Source of the DNA: Takakia lepidozioides
Lineage: Eukaryota; Plantae; Bryophyta
DNA length: 64,000 bases
NCBI GenBank assembly: GCA_030704615.1
Contig: CM060731.1
Location: 75,330,001 to 75,394,000, forward strand
Reading direction: 5' to 3'
Position numbers and translations under genes: made by a program. Under the pieces are notes generated by a model. That model saw only the letters and a program-made list of their open reading frames with translations. It was not told where the DNA came from and searched no databases. Shown one piece after another: positions 24,820 through 43,505 of the stretch; position 1 is the first letter of the stretch, and each line of letters starts with the position of its first letter.

Positions 24820-24960
24820 GAGAGAAGACTAGTCCGGCTGAAACCGGTGTAATTAAGAGCCACTTTGCCTCGCGGCTACTGCCCCTTTTGGGGGTGGGCC
24901 CTATAATGGGAGTGGTCACAGTTAAGTCAATGTTAGGCGCATCAGCAGGGTCACTCTCAT
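24820..24960 (-). mobile_element. Short 3'-end fragment related to the LINE at 57281-58417
   Basis: 24826-24903 aligns with 57281-57363 (TAAGAGCCACTT.GCCTCGCG.CTA.TGCCCC...GGGGGTGGGCCCTAT) and ends in a TC-rich repeat on the minus strand. Confidence 0.7.
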
Positions 24961-25389
24961 TCAAGGTCCCCTCAGTGACTACAACGATGATCCGTCGGTG
25001 GAGGTTCAGGGACGTTACGATGGGGAGCGCATGACCCCTCCATATTCAGCTTGCATGTTGACGGTGGAGCCACACAAGAATTGTTTGCTGCTGATGTATT
25101 GCCTGCACATGAGACAGACAATGATTATTTGTCAAACTTCTCTGCTATTGCTTTCTGGTAGTCCATTATCTGCTTCATAAAACCTCTTACCTCACATATG
25201 TCATTCCCATGTGGCATTCTGCTGTTGCCCCATCTCTTCCACTCACCGGACTACTGCTGTATATCCAAAACTCCCTTCTTGCCATACAGAGGAACATGAT
25301 AAATGTCACTGTGCATGTTAACACCATGAATGGAAAAAAGACAGGCCGGAACGAGCGAATATCAGCTTTCCCCAAGGTACTGTGGATAT

Positions 25390-25740
25390 TTTAGAATTAT
25401 CAAGAAGATTGGCAAGGGGCCAGCTACCGGCTAGAACTATGGAAGATACACGATGTCTTTCATGTCAGCCTCTTGAGAATATGTTTATGAATCTAGTCAT
25501 ATTTGCCCACAACTGCCAAAGGTCACAGTACAAGGAGAAGTTGTAGCAGAACTAAAAGAGATCCTTAAGGCAGAAGCGAAAACCTTAAGATCTTGTTTTT
25601 GGAATGAATTTATATCAAATGGAAGAATGACCCTGTAGAAGAATCTACATAGGAGAAAGATGATGAGCTTCGCAGAAACTTTCCTTACTTCAGTATTGTG
25701 GACAATACTCCCTTATAGGAGGAGAGGTAATATAACGTGA
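25390..25740 (+). mobile_element. Gypsy integrase C-terminus with chromodomain and probable PPT
   Basis: YRLEL..IHDVFHVSLL, then IKWKNDPVEEST*E...FPYF, then purine tract AGGAGGAGAGG (~25717-25727). Confidence 0.8.
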
Positions 25741-27218
25741 ATTAATGGATAAAACGTGAATTAACGAATTTGTAATGTGAACTAATGGCTAAAATGATAA
25801 ATTATAGATCCGTTTTGACAATGTTTTCTAGAAATTCAGCCAAAACCCCCCTAAGAACCATACGTATAAGCTGTAAGCTCTCTGCATGCGGCTCTTGCTA
25901 GCCGACCAGCTCATTACACAATGCTTCGAGATGCCCTTATCATGGTCGCACTTAATTTGTTTATTCACCAAATCCTTTTGTTCTCCATCGTTCCTTGTCT
26001 CTCCTAGTTTCTACCAAACTGGTCATGGTACTCGACATCTCACAAAACTTTCATACCAGTGTGGTCTACATAATGGTGGATGTATTTTTTGTCTAGATAC
26101 TGGTATGAGTATGAATATCATGACCACTACTTTGTGTGGACTTCATGAAATCAGGCACTTCCAAGTGTGTTGGGATGCCCCGGATGTGGGGATGTGGGGC
26201 ATCTTATCAATTTTATGGGGGGTAAAAATGACAAAAATTCACCTACATTGTGATTCCCCATAACACAGCTTGAAATGAGAAGGAAAAATTATCTTAGGTT
26301 TTCCATTCAGTATATATTTTAAATTATTAAATTCTAGGACATACATTCACATCGGAGCATTGGAGTGCGCAACAAACACGTGTGAAGAAGAGGAGTTCCT
26401 TTGCATAATTTAATCTGCAAAGTCGATTAAGTACATCTTGGGAACTTGGCCCACGTTAGAACGCCCATCACACGTGCGAACTGCAGATTGGCTGCTCCTG
26501 CTAGAGATGCAGATGGGCCACATGTGCCCGACGAAAAAATACAAGAAGAGAGACATTGGGCCTGCCAACGCCGTCCCATCCGCTTTGGTTCTTCGAGTAT
26601 TTGAATCCTTCCAAAGACAAGCTTTAGACTAAGTCTCTAACTTATGCCGGTGAGGACGGGGCCTTCGTAAACTGAAGGGACCTGAGGGGCCGCCCCCGCA
26701 CGAGGCTCATGTGCTTCCACCCTTCACTACCTGGCTCCACATCAACCCTAGATGCTACATCGTCGAACGGACAGAATGTGTTCCACGAATCTCTTTTGCC
26801 ATTTCGGGGAGCACGGACTCCATGCCACCCTCGTGGGACCCGGCAGTAAATTTTCAACGCCTGAAAATACAAAGGGCAATGTGGAGCAGCTTTTGTGCAA
26901 AAGAATAATGTGCGCTCAGCAACATCCGAGTGGGTGCAGACCATGCAGACCATAATGGGCTGTTTCGGAGTCAGACACGCGCGCCAGCAGTGCGAAGCGA
27001 TCATATTCTGCTTTATAGTTTCCCCCCCAAAACTTATCTTAGACTAGTACGGAAGGGTGGAGCGGTCCAGGCTGTTGCAACTTGGATTGCGGTGCAGACG
27101 TGCTCTCTCTCATCGAGAGAGAGATAAATAGAGGGAGGGCCGACTGATACTGCAGGCTTTCACGGGAACTGTTCCGACTGGAACTGGTGGAAGCCGAGGA
27201 CCGCGAGAGAGAGAGAGG

Positions 27219-32981
<5,763 letters not shown>

Positions 32982-33129
32982 GAGACTCAGATGGCAGGTG
33001 TCCACCGGTTATTGGCTAATGGTAGCCGAACCCCTATGTTGGCACTTCAGTGAAAGTTGCCAGAGGAGCAGAATTTTGTGGTAGAGAGTGCATGTGTGAC
33101 TCTGAATGTCAACAAGTTACATTTAGTGC

Positions 33130-33367
33130 AGTGGTAAGAGCGTAAATGTTTGATGTCATAAAGGTGGCCACCTTCTCACGGGAAGGCAGTACCCCTTGGG
33201 GGGTTAAAGCGACACCATAATTTTGCTTGCTTGGGCGTTGTTATAAGATAATGTCGTTACAGCCTCCATGGCACCCCCTTCAGAGGTTATTTTTTCCTCT
33301 TTGTACTCCTTGGATTGGTTTTGTCCACCTTATTTATAAAGTTCCCTCCCTTTTTCCTAAAAAAAAT
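33130..33367 (+). mobile_element. L1/SINE-like 3' tail with poly(A)
   Basis: Hairpin module at 33166-33215, then TTTGTACTCC...TTTATAAAG...CCT and an A-run at ~33359-33367. Confidence 0.55.
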
Positions 33368-33499
33368 GAAGAAAGATAATGTCAGTGCGATGAGTCTAAA
33401 TTCTGATACAGCCTGAGAAGGAAATGGCTAAAGCAGGACTACCTGCTATGGATTGCAAATTCAAAGGTTTGAAATCAAACTAATCCGAGGCTGCAACCT

Positions 33500-34145
33500 T
33501 GTTAGAAATATGCATTCGGTGTTTCAATCTACATCTTTTTCCCACCCCTGCTTAAATCCAAACAAGAAAGAAAGCCAATTTGACAAGTCTTCCCAGTTCC
33601 AATGGCAAATATGCCACGAATAGTCAAATCATAGAAAATGATAAGGCTAGAGAAGAAATTGTCATAGGAAACAATGTGCCCCTTCCCCTCAAATCCTTCC
33701 ATCAATCTTGTTATCATTCTATACTATATACCTTATACTATGCAACTATCTATGTCATCTTCTCTACCTCCATTTTTTGCACGTATTTAAAGGTGTAATT
33801 GGCCAAACACCAAAATTATATGCCCCATTTCACCGGCTTCTTAGCTGCCAAGTATTGCTGTAACATATAGTGTTTATTTTTGGGTTTCACCATCATTTCA
33901 TCAACACTTAGATTTTGCTTTGACATGTAGTACCGCGCGAATATAAGGTTTTTGCTAGCTTGTCAAAGGCAGGGTCAATGCTATCTGTGCAAACCATCCA
34001 TGTCCACAAGGTGCAGGCACTGCAAGATTCAAAACGGTTACATATGGCTCAAAATGTGCATGATTGAAGAGCATTTTTAAGAATATTTCATCGTTTGTTG
34101 TCCAATAGCATCTGGAAGTAGAACTTTTTTAATTCCCATCAGAAT
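33500..34145 (-). pseudogene. piggyBac (PGBD, DDE_Tnp_1_7-type) transposase relic
   Basis: Manual translation: ILMGIKK...; LSVDEMMVKPKNKHYMLQQYLAAKKPVKWGI*FWCLAN; GKGHIVSYDNFFSSLIIFYDLTIRGIFAIGT. These match the piggyBac first-Asp (VDE), KPxKWG and DNxF/GT motifs. Confidence 0.85.
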
Positions 34146-34189
34146 ATGAATGCCCAACCAAGCCCTCGATTCATGCAAAGACAAAAAGT

Positions 34190-34650
34190 ACCATCACTTA
34201 TTTCCCTTGGAGATTGTAAAGATAAAAAAATGTTGGATCACATAGTTGATTACCTGAACAAGGTATTTGAGATAATAGCAAGGGCATCAAATTGTTGTGT
34301 TGGGATGCATATCATACGGAATCGTGAGCAAAAGATGATCTTCATTCATTAGACCCGGTTTATTTTGTTGAAGTATATTGATCTTGATACAACCCACACT
34401 ACTGCTACAACGATGGATTCAAATTTAGATGCTCGTCTTGACAACGAAGAGCTGGATTTTCCATATATTCCAAAATTGTATGGAATATTATGTTTGCAAT
34501 AAAGAGTCGTCCTGATATTGCATTTGTCATAGGAACAATTGCAAAATTATGCACCAAGCCGAAGCAAGTACATTGCAATGTTGTAAGAAGGATTATGAAA
34601 TATTTGCAAGGCACAATGTCTCATTTCAAGCTATGCTATGCTGCTAGACA
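34190..34650 (+). mobile_element. Ty1/Copia RT fragment
   Basis: YLNKVFEI...VGMHIIRN; SRPDIAFVIGTIAKLCTKPKQVHCNVVRRIMKYLQGT. Confidence 0.8.
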
Positions 34651-34859
34651 TAAAGAGAGCCTACGCAAATCTTGAGGTCGCAGGAGCTAATCTAAATCGA
34701 TGACATGAAGTCATGACAACTATAATTTAAATTATTTACTGATATTATTAAAAAAAATACTATCCATCAACTACTTAAAAGCATAATAGTAGAAATGGAG
34801 ATGGTAATGAACGGTAGGATAAACAACTATGAAATTGTAAATAAACTTTAGTGTAATCG

Positions 34860-35370
34860 AACACCATAAAGCTATGTTTGCTCCTACCTAAGTACACTTG
34901 AAAAATACAAGCCATATTGTACCATACTCCATTTCCAAAATATTGTTAATCAGTCCCACACACCGTAGTGAATCCCTCAATGGATTAGAGTCTGAATCAG
35001 ATTTCCTCATATCGTGTTCAAATATTGAGTATACCCCATAGTCAAAGTGACATGTTGTCGTCCATCGACTTGCTTTACCCATACAGTGATCAGCATAGGC
35101 CATTATATATGGGTACAACTTCACATGCAAGAAGAGAGGCATGATAAAGCGAAGTACATATGTATGGACTTCCTCACCATAAATTTCTATTGCATTCGCT
35201 ATATGAATTGCAATCCACTCCTCGAAAGGCGGTAGTAATGCAAGGTGTGATGGGTACTCCAGATATAGTTGTCTACCACCACGATTCCCTCCACAATATT
35301 GTTGTAAAAATATTTTTCTCTCTGCAAGTATGTGTTCTTTCTCTGTCTCATATTTTATGCCATTATAACA
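34860..35370 (-). mobile_element. CACTA/EnSpm-like transposase C-terminal fragment
   Basis: LPPFEEWIA...YPYIMAYADH...HFDYGVYSIF...CVGLINNILEMEYG..LVFFKCT resembles the DUF4216-type C-terminus. Confidence 0.6.
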
Positions 35371-37399
35371 TCTCACATGGCAACACCCTGACCTCCGCGT
35401 CCTTGGCCATGTTGAGCTTGCCCTTGGCCTGCACCTCGTGCCTGGCCACCTCGTCCTCTCTGGGCTGCTCCACCTCGCCCCCGGCCACCATTGTTCCCTT
35501 GGAACTGGCCTAGGCGCAACTTAGGATGCAAACCATAACACTGGGTCTCTCCATGCCCGTGCTTGCCACAATGCCCACACTGCAACTGTGCAAGCTGTGC
35601 ATGTGCCGACCTTTTGCCTCCCTCTGGGCAATTTTTCTTGACATGGGGTCCTCCACATGTCCAACACACCACCTTCGCCCGTCGTTGGCCTGCAAATGAA
35701 GGGAGAGACCCCTGCATCTGAGGTCCTCTCTGTCCTTCCCTGAGCTGTCTCTTTAGCAAATCCCACCATGACCACTCGTTCCTCCACCATGTTGAGCTCT
35801 ATCCACTCTGCCAGCAAAAACACATTTGCTAAGGTAGGTTGGGCCACTTGTAGGAGAGTTGCATCCCGCACCTTTCTCCTCAGCTCCTTGTCCAATATCC
35901 CATACCAGAATTGGACTGCCTGAGCTTCCGTAACCTCTTGGGTTACATTTATCAAGCGCCTCATGCGAGTGAAATCCTCCCTCAAGCTCTTAGTAGGCTT
36001 CCGTTGGAACTCTTGCAAGCTCCGCAACTTCTCTATCCTCACCCCTTGGTAGTTCCCTCTCAACTCTTCGAAGAACTCCACAACAGGGTTGAGGCAGAGA
36101 TGAAGAATGTTGGGATGAGGGCATGCTGAGGTTAGGCATTTTTTTAGCTTCTCTTCCTTATAGTTTTCCACCCTCGCATTAGGCCAAGACCTTCCCGTAG
36201 GTGGAGGCAAGAGTCAGTCGGGGTTTGGGCTGGGGTGTCCTTACATGAGCAACACCGTGGAGTTGTTTTTGGTGTGGGGGAGTTGTCGTTCTGATTTTTT
36301 GTGTTTGGATCCCCTCCATACCCGCATGCTTGACTGTGCGTCATGTTAGTTTTGTGTGGGCGCTTGTTTTTATAGGTGATTGGTCCAGATTTGATCACCG
36401 GTCAGTCCTAGAGCATGCCGTCGATGGTGAGGCTGGGGTGATGACCAGTCAAACCATCATTGTTTCTCCTGTGGTGAGGTTGGAGGTGATGACCAGCCAA
36501 CCATATGAGTGCTTGCGGTGGATGCAGGTGCAGGTGTAGGCTATGTTAGGAACCTAGTATTCCAAACCATAAACCGCAACAGGTTCTCTACCCGGTTACC
36601 TTGTGGAGAGGGGGTTAGGGACATGTTCATGACTGGTTGAGTGACAGTTTGTCAACACGGAGGTGCCACTAGTTGCTGGGGAGAGTGCCGGTTCGAGCAC
36701 TAGCAATACTAGTGGATACACGAGACGAGGTGTGCTTAGGTCACCTTCACCTCATGTGTCTTCTACGGAAGGTGCTGATTTGGATTGTGAATCAGGAGGA
36801 CTCACACCGGCGGTGCAAGTTGTTTCCTTGCCATTGTTGTGGGACACAATGGAGGAGATGTGTGGAGCTACCAAGGAGCCACGAAGATACTCTGGGACGG
36901 TGGGCACCATCGAATTGGATGATTTTATCCAAGAGTTTGATAGTTAGTGTGATTTGCAGCAAATGCGCAATCCACAACTATTTACGCCTTTCATGGCATG
37001 GAATGGGCTGTTTCAGAGGGACCGCCTATGGATGATTACCATGACTTCAGGCGGGGGCAAGAAGTTGAGATCGATGAGTGGAGGATGTACTGGTCACCCG
37101 ACTATGTCTCCATCACTATGGGCACTAGAGCCACGAGGGCAGTGGCTACACCTGCCGCTGCACCGGCAGCTTCAACAATCAGTAGTGGGACTAGTGGGAC
37201 TGGTGGCACCCAAGCCACTACTGCACCAGCACCAGTGCCCGTCTCTCTTCCCTCACTTGTATGACCATGGGAATATCATGAAGATACTCCTCAAACCGCC
37301 TTCCACGAGCTTCGAAATTTGGCTTTCAAGACCACATGCCAGTACTCAGGCAGTCCACAAGTGCCTCCACGAGTCAACACAGGCCGTCCACAGGTCAAC

Positions 37400-38110
37400 A
37401 CGGGCCACCATAGACCAGCACAGGCCCACACACATCATTGGTCACAGCCGTCACAGCCCCACACAGGCCACAGCCCCACAGCCCATCACAGCCCCACAGG
37501 CCACAGATCACAGCCCATCACAGCCCCAAAGCCCACAAGGCACAGCCCATCACAGCCTATCACCGCCTGTCACAATCCATTACAGCCAGGTCACAGCCTG
37601 TCACAGCCTGTCACAGCCCCAAAGGCCACATGGCACAGCCCATCACAGCCTGTCACAGTCCGTCATAGCCCCAAAGGCCACAGGGCACAGCCTGTCACAG
37701 CCCCAAAGGCCACGGGTCACAGCCTGTCACAACCCGCCACAGTCTGTCACAGTCCGTCACAGCCCCTCACAGCCCCTCACAGCCCCAAAGGCCACATGGC
37801 ACAGCCCATCACAGCCTATCACAGTCCGTCACAGCCCCACAGGCCACAGGTCACAGCCCATCACAACCCCAAAGGCCACAGGGCACAGCCTGTCACAGCC
37901 CTACACAGGTCACAGGGTCACAGCCCCACTGGCCACAACCTGTTATAGCCCATCACAGCCCCGTGGGTCACAGCCTATCACAGCCCCAAAGGCCACAGGT
38001 CACAGCCCGTCACAGCCCCAAAGGCCATAGGGCACAGCTTGTCACAGCCCTACACAGGTCACAGGGTCACAGCCCACAGCCTGTCACAGCCCGTCACAGC
38101 CCCATCCATG
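37400..38110. repeat. Minisatellite of (GT)CACAGCC(C) units
   Basis: Dozens of CACAGCC/GTCACAG repeats; they explain the long spurious ORFs at 36954-38030. Confidence 0.95.
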
Positions 38111-38559
38111 GCCGCTCATGGCAGTTTAGCCATTTCTCCAAGGGGTTTAGCTACACCAAGCTAGGGTTTGTGTCTCTTGGACTCTAGGCTTCTTTGCACC
38201 GAGCTATGGCGGCTGTGAGGAAATCAGCAAGGTATTCTTGCTCTTTATGACTCCCACACACCACCAATATTAGCTCTAATTCCAAATAAATATGTTTGCA
38301 ACCAAAACTAAGTACGCAAGCTTCATTTTAACTCACAAAACAGCGCCATTGATCCTTATGGCGACTAACCAAACATGGCTGACTTCCAGCCCTTATAGGC
38401 ACTCATTCACGCGCTTTTCTTGACCATAGCACGCCCCTTCGCACCTAATCCAGCCCCTGCACGTGCTGCTTCAAGAGTTGTGCTCCCTTCAAGCTTGAAG
38501 TTGAAACCCCAACTCACATATGCCCTACAAGTGCTTTTCTTTCACCCCAAGTGGAAACC

Positions 38560-38960
38560 AGCCCTAGCCCTTCTATTCTAGCTTTCTAAAGCTTGAAAAC
38601 AAGAACCTCAATGGGCTAAAGGCATGCTCCACACATGCCCCACTCTCACCATAAAAGAATCAGCTTCTTTGCTTCCTTTCTTGCACCCACAAATCTAAAA
38701 ATATAAGCTTCAACGGGCTGAAAGCATGCTCCACACATGCCCTACAGGGAAACCAACCCCTTCCTTCCTTTCTTGTACTCCCAAACTTGAAAGTACAAGC
38801 CTTCAATAGGCTGAAAGCATGTTCCACACATGCATTGCTCTCACATAAGGGAAGTCAACCCTTCCCTCTTCTTTGTTTGCCCTCCAAGCTTGAAGATGGA
38901 AGCTTCAATAGGCTGAATGCATGCTCCACGCATGCATCCTCTTCACACAAAGGTAATATC
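38560..38960. repeat. Degenerate ~100-bp tandem repeat (4 copies) within the putative LTR
   Basis: TCAA.(A/G)GGCT.AA.GCATG.TCCAC.CATGC recurs at ~38608, ~38710, ~38803 and ~38906. Confidence 0.8.
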
Positions 38961-41781
38961 AGCCCCCTATCTTGGCTCCTTGGCTCCTTGATGCTCTCTA
39001 AGACACTCCACAACCTTTGTCAAGCTCCTGAAACCCTAAGGCTTACCTTTCCAGCCACAAGACACTCCTCTTGTGGTGCAAGAGCTCTTCTTCCAAGCTC
39101 TGAAACCCTAGGTGCACATTCCATGGCCTTGCCGCATCTCTTAGCTCCTGTTCCAGCCTTGCTCTTGCCATGGCAAGAGCCCTTTCAATGCTGAAGCTCG
39201 AGATTGAAACCCAATCTCAACATACTCCACAAAGTGTACTGATTTGTCCCAAGCCAAATCAGCCCTTTAGTTTGGTCTTGCAATCCTTCACATAATGAAA
39301 GCTCGCATTCCCAAGGCCAGTTCTCAGCTTTGCCACCAAAGCCACTATAACCCGCTCTTGACTGATCATCTTCCCAATCGTGTTTGCTCATGCATGTACA
39401 CAATCTGAAACCATCAAGGTGCTTTGAAATTACCTGCAGCATGGTGCTTTCATCTCTGAAGTTGAAGATCGAATGCCAAGATCTACCACCTCGTAACCCA
39501 CATCGCCTGCGCTCCTAACAACCACGAACTTGATGATGCTCCTCGCATCCAAACCTGATTTCAATCATTCTCAAGCAAAAACCACAAGTGCTACAACTAA
39601 TTCGTATATGGCACTAACAGATACAAGTCGATCTTTCTTGAGTGATAAAGAAGAAGAATACAAGCACAAGCTCATGCGAGCTCACAAAGCTGAAGCATAA
39701 ACTCATGCATATATAAACTCATCACTCAAATACAAGTCAAGCCAAGTGCACCCCACGCCATGGGGAATCCACCCTACGGTGCCATAGCTAGGCGCCATGA
39801 GGCTCAACTCAAGAAAGATGAGCCTCTCGTGCTTGCCGTGAAGATAACCACTCCAGGGCCTAAATCTGCCTTGACCCCCGGATTGACACTTGGGCCAATC
39901 CCAAATGTCAATATGTAAAAGCTAGCTATTTCCTAGCTAGTTTCACACTAGTGGTGAAATAACTTGATAGAGTCAATGAGGAGTTGACATAATTTAAGAG
40001 CTATAATTTTAATCAAATAAAAACACAGTCAATCAATTAATGATACTGTTGATGGAAAGTGTTAACAAGTGTACTGCAATACATTTGATTAAACACTTAA
40101 TAATACTTTTTATTTAAATAATGTTTTTTTTAAAGATCTGTTGTAATTTTTATTAAAAATTTAGAATATAGTGTCATTACACTATGTAACGCTACTGTCT
40201 TTCATTTGGAAGGTAAACACATTTTAATGGATGTAACAAGGGCAACGTGGGAGGATTAAGAGTTGGTTGTTTCAGTACTTATTTTTTTCAACAAAGCTTT
40301 AGGAGCCTACGCAGCCTGAACCAACAAAAGTACCGTCAAATTGCACGCCTAAATTAAGTTCTTACAATGTTCCTATTGTTTTTCGAATAAAATATATTTC
40401 CAATCAAAAGGACCATTGCTTTCAAAAGTCGTCACTAGTAGTGCGGAGCAATGCGTGGCCCTAGTTCTACTGACGTCTAAGATCTAGAGCAGGAATAGGG
40501 TGTCATAGTGCCATGTCATCGTCAGCCATGTCATCACCGTCATTTGTTTTAAAGCTACCCGGAATGCGCAAAAAGTTTTAAAAAAATAAATAAAATAAAA
40601 AGCAACAAAGACAACGTCTTTGCCACATCATTGTCGCACGTTTCGGAGGCCACGTCATCAATGTACATTCTTGAAGCTAAATTGAAACCTGCTAATTACA
40701 AAATCAAAATAATATCTAGAAGTGCATGTAAATATGATAATGGTAATAGCTAAGTAAAATGTCACTTTTAATATTAAATTTTTATCTTTTATATATATTT
40801 TGGACTGTTAAAAGTGTAGATCTATTAATATAATATAATTACACATCAATAAAATCAAACAAATTCATATTGAGAATGAAATGAATATCAACACCGTTAA
40901 TAGACCCAAAAATATTATTACTGCAAAAAGACAAAACAACGCATAAAATGGAGAATCCTAAGAATAACTTATGAAGTTAATGCACGGGTGTGATCTCTAA
41001 GAAGATCGAAGGCTGATCTCCAACATACTGAATATTTCCCACCCTCTCTTGAGAGTGACATAGAACTGAAGGGAGTGTAACTTCACAATGGGTTACAGTC
41101 TATAGAGAGAGGGACTGTAATCTCCAGTGGGGATAACACGGTGGGGAGTGTAACTCCACTTGGGGTTACACTGGGTTACACGGCGGGAAGTGTAACTTCA
41201 CTCGATGGTAACTCACACTTGATCTTAAAATTTGATTAAGTTCAAATCTGGCAAAGTTTTAAATGGATTACACAATACATGGGGTTGACACGAACCATAG
41301 AAGCCTAGGGTGACATTACCACCCATCAAAAATCAACCTTCCACCTCATCGTCTCCATTCATCACCTTACCAATTAGCTACTTATCGCCGATTAAATTAT
41401 GACCTTGTCAACGCCTTCAATCAATTATCTCACCATGACTAGAAGATTCATTCTCAAAAAAAATAAAAAATCTTAAATTGACGCCGCATGACATAACTCT
41501 ATGAATTTTTTCAAAGATTCAGTTTGTTGAAACTCCAAGCATCATTAACAATGTAAATTGCCATAAGTTTGAATGACACCTTTAAATGTTTGCAATGACA
41601 ATTGCCTCCAAGATTTCTCTATCCACCACGAATATTCTTTGTACCTAGGCTTCTTTGTCTAAGAATATCGATAGCTTATGGTGTATTATATTGATGCAAA
41701 GGGTTATATATGTAACAATCTTAAGTCGACTCTCATTAGATCTCCCTGGATCGTTTGAGCATTAGCTCTTATACAATGTAG

Positions 41782-41785
<4 letters not shown>

Positions 41786-41814
<29 letters not shown>
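41786..41814. repeat. (GA)n microsatellite
   Basis: Direct reading; a shorter copy lies at 42389-42400. Confidence 0.95.
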
Positions 41815-41816
<2 letters not shown>

Positions 41817-42012
41817 ACTTATAATTTGGTAATTTATCAAGTGACATATGGCTGTTGTGTGGCTTGATTTTACGCATGTGGCTTGATTTGCAACGTCAGA
41901 CCTTTCCTACCATTATGAGCATAATGCAAATAAAAGATTCATGACAAGTCGTTTGTAATGAAAATGGTTATAAAATCTAACTAGAGGAATTGAATTTTAA
42001 TTGTATTAGGGT

Positions 42013-42357
42013 TTACAGTTGGTGTCTCACTGTGGTTACATACTTCAGCAAAAGAGCTCTGACCTCAGGGGCTATTCTAGCAGCTTCAAGAGAAAGACGT
42101 TGAATTTTATTGAATGTTTCTACTTCGAGCCGTTTTGCATTGGCTCCCGCATCTCCACTTGTCTCTGCAAGCTTCCTTCGATATTCACCCTCCCGTTGTG
42201 CACGATATTCAGCCACTTCTCGACCAGCCTCTTCTTTGGCCTGTTTCAACCTCAACAACTTTGCGGATTTAGCATCAACCACAATTTTCTGGGCTTCTTG
42301 CTCTGCTGCAAGTAGCTCCTGAATCCCAACCCTATTAGGATCCCGTGTTTGACTCAT
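42013..42357 (-). CDS. VHA-G: V-type proton ATPase subunit G, intronless
   Basis: GIQELLAAEQEAQKIV..AKLLRLKQAKEEAGREVAEYRAQRE...SGDAGANAKRLE...LLLKYVTTV; intact 114-aa ORF. Confidence 0.93.
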   Translation of the reverse strand: MSQTRDPNRVGIQELLAAEQEAQKIVVDAKSAKLLRLKQAKEEAGREVAEYRAQREGEYRRKLAETSGDAGANAKRLEVETFNKIQRLSLEAARIAPEVRALLLKYVTTVRHQL

Positions 42358-43204
42358 GATTGCATCAACACCACGCTACTGTTCCATTAGAGAGAGAGAG
42401 TAACTTGTAATTGATTGTGAAGAATATATTACAGTATTGAACAATATGAAATATATATTGTGCTCACTATAAAATATGTAAAGAGTCATGACTATTGACA
42501 CAACCAATAGGCCTAAGTCACATAACTCACAACTCTTTGTCTAAGAGTTGTGTCTTTTCAAGATTCACCATCTGATACGTTGACCATTTGATACATGGAA
42601 TATAGAATTTGATGAATGTGCAGTTTTTTTGAGCACAATGGACTCTCTATTGCCACAAAATCCACAAAATCCAGAAGGGGTGGAAATCACATCCAAACAG
42701 GATCGCAACAGACTCATTAAAAAAAAACTTATGGAACTACATGTCATAAGAACTTGGAAGCTATCCAATCTCACAACAAATCTCCATTTCTCCGTGATGA
42801 CAGAATCTTGCGGCCCAGTTACTTTTCGACGTCTTTATCTCCTTTCTTCCTCAGGGCATTGGGGCAGTTCAGGTGGATAGAGACTAGTTGATGGAAAAAC
42901 CTGCAACAAGAAGATCGCTTGTGCCCAGTTTGTACCAGATCCGTGGGAGATTCGACTGTCTATTCCGTGGAACTCAATCTCTCACTAAAGTCTTATATTG
43001 TGAGGATCACAAATGCTTGGCAATGAGGCCGTGACCCTTGGGCAATCCCTTAAGCAATAGCTACTTTTGGGCTGTTTTTTGGCTCTGGTTTTGTTTCATC
43101 TCTTGTGTTTTTCCCGTTTCACCCCATAAGCTATTTGAGCTTTCCAGGAACGTTATAAAGTACCACTAGGGTAGCCTCTGTCGTTGGCCGAAGTGTCTAG
43201 TGTC

Positions 43205-43505
43205 ATCTAAGCCCAAGGGTAAGATCTTCTATGTATCTCAGTGCGTCTCCTATGTCAAGGCCCAAAAGCAACCTCTAGGATAGCCTGTCCATTTGGCCGT
43301 GTGTGAACAATTGAAATCTAAGACCAAGTGCAATTTCCTATGTATCCCAATGTGTCTCCTATGTTGAGGTCCATTTAAGCCCAAGTGCAATCTTCTATTC
43401 ATGTATCCAAGTGCATCTCCCGCCCATGAAGTGTCCAATGTTACCTAGTAAACCCAAATGCAATCTCCTATGTATCCAAGGACCTCTCCCATGTCAAAGC
43501 CCAAT
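43205..43505. repeat. Degenerate ~50-60-bp tandem repeat
   Basis: Recurring CCAA.TGCAATC..CTATGTATCC...TCTCC.ATGT units. Confidence 0.75.

Larger units (their letters stand above)
35373..39888 (-). mobile_element. Truncated LTR retrotransposon (long 5' LTR + gag) with an internal inversion at 36090-37255
   Basis: gag C-half on minus (NPVVEFFEELRGNYQG..; zinc knuckles CWTCGGPHVKKNC, CGHCGKHGHGETQC) and gag N-half on plus (YSGTVGTIELDDFIQEFD). Candidate LTR ends are TGTCAATC (39888, minus) and GAGTGACA (36646). Confidence 0.7.

Noticed and set aside
36954-38187. 358-aa and 209-aa Ser/Pro/His-rich ORFs
   Set aside because: Translation of a stop-free CACAGCC minisatellite.
40440-41000. Helitron-like ends
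   Set aside because: Hairpin and CTRR termini are too degenerate to support.
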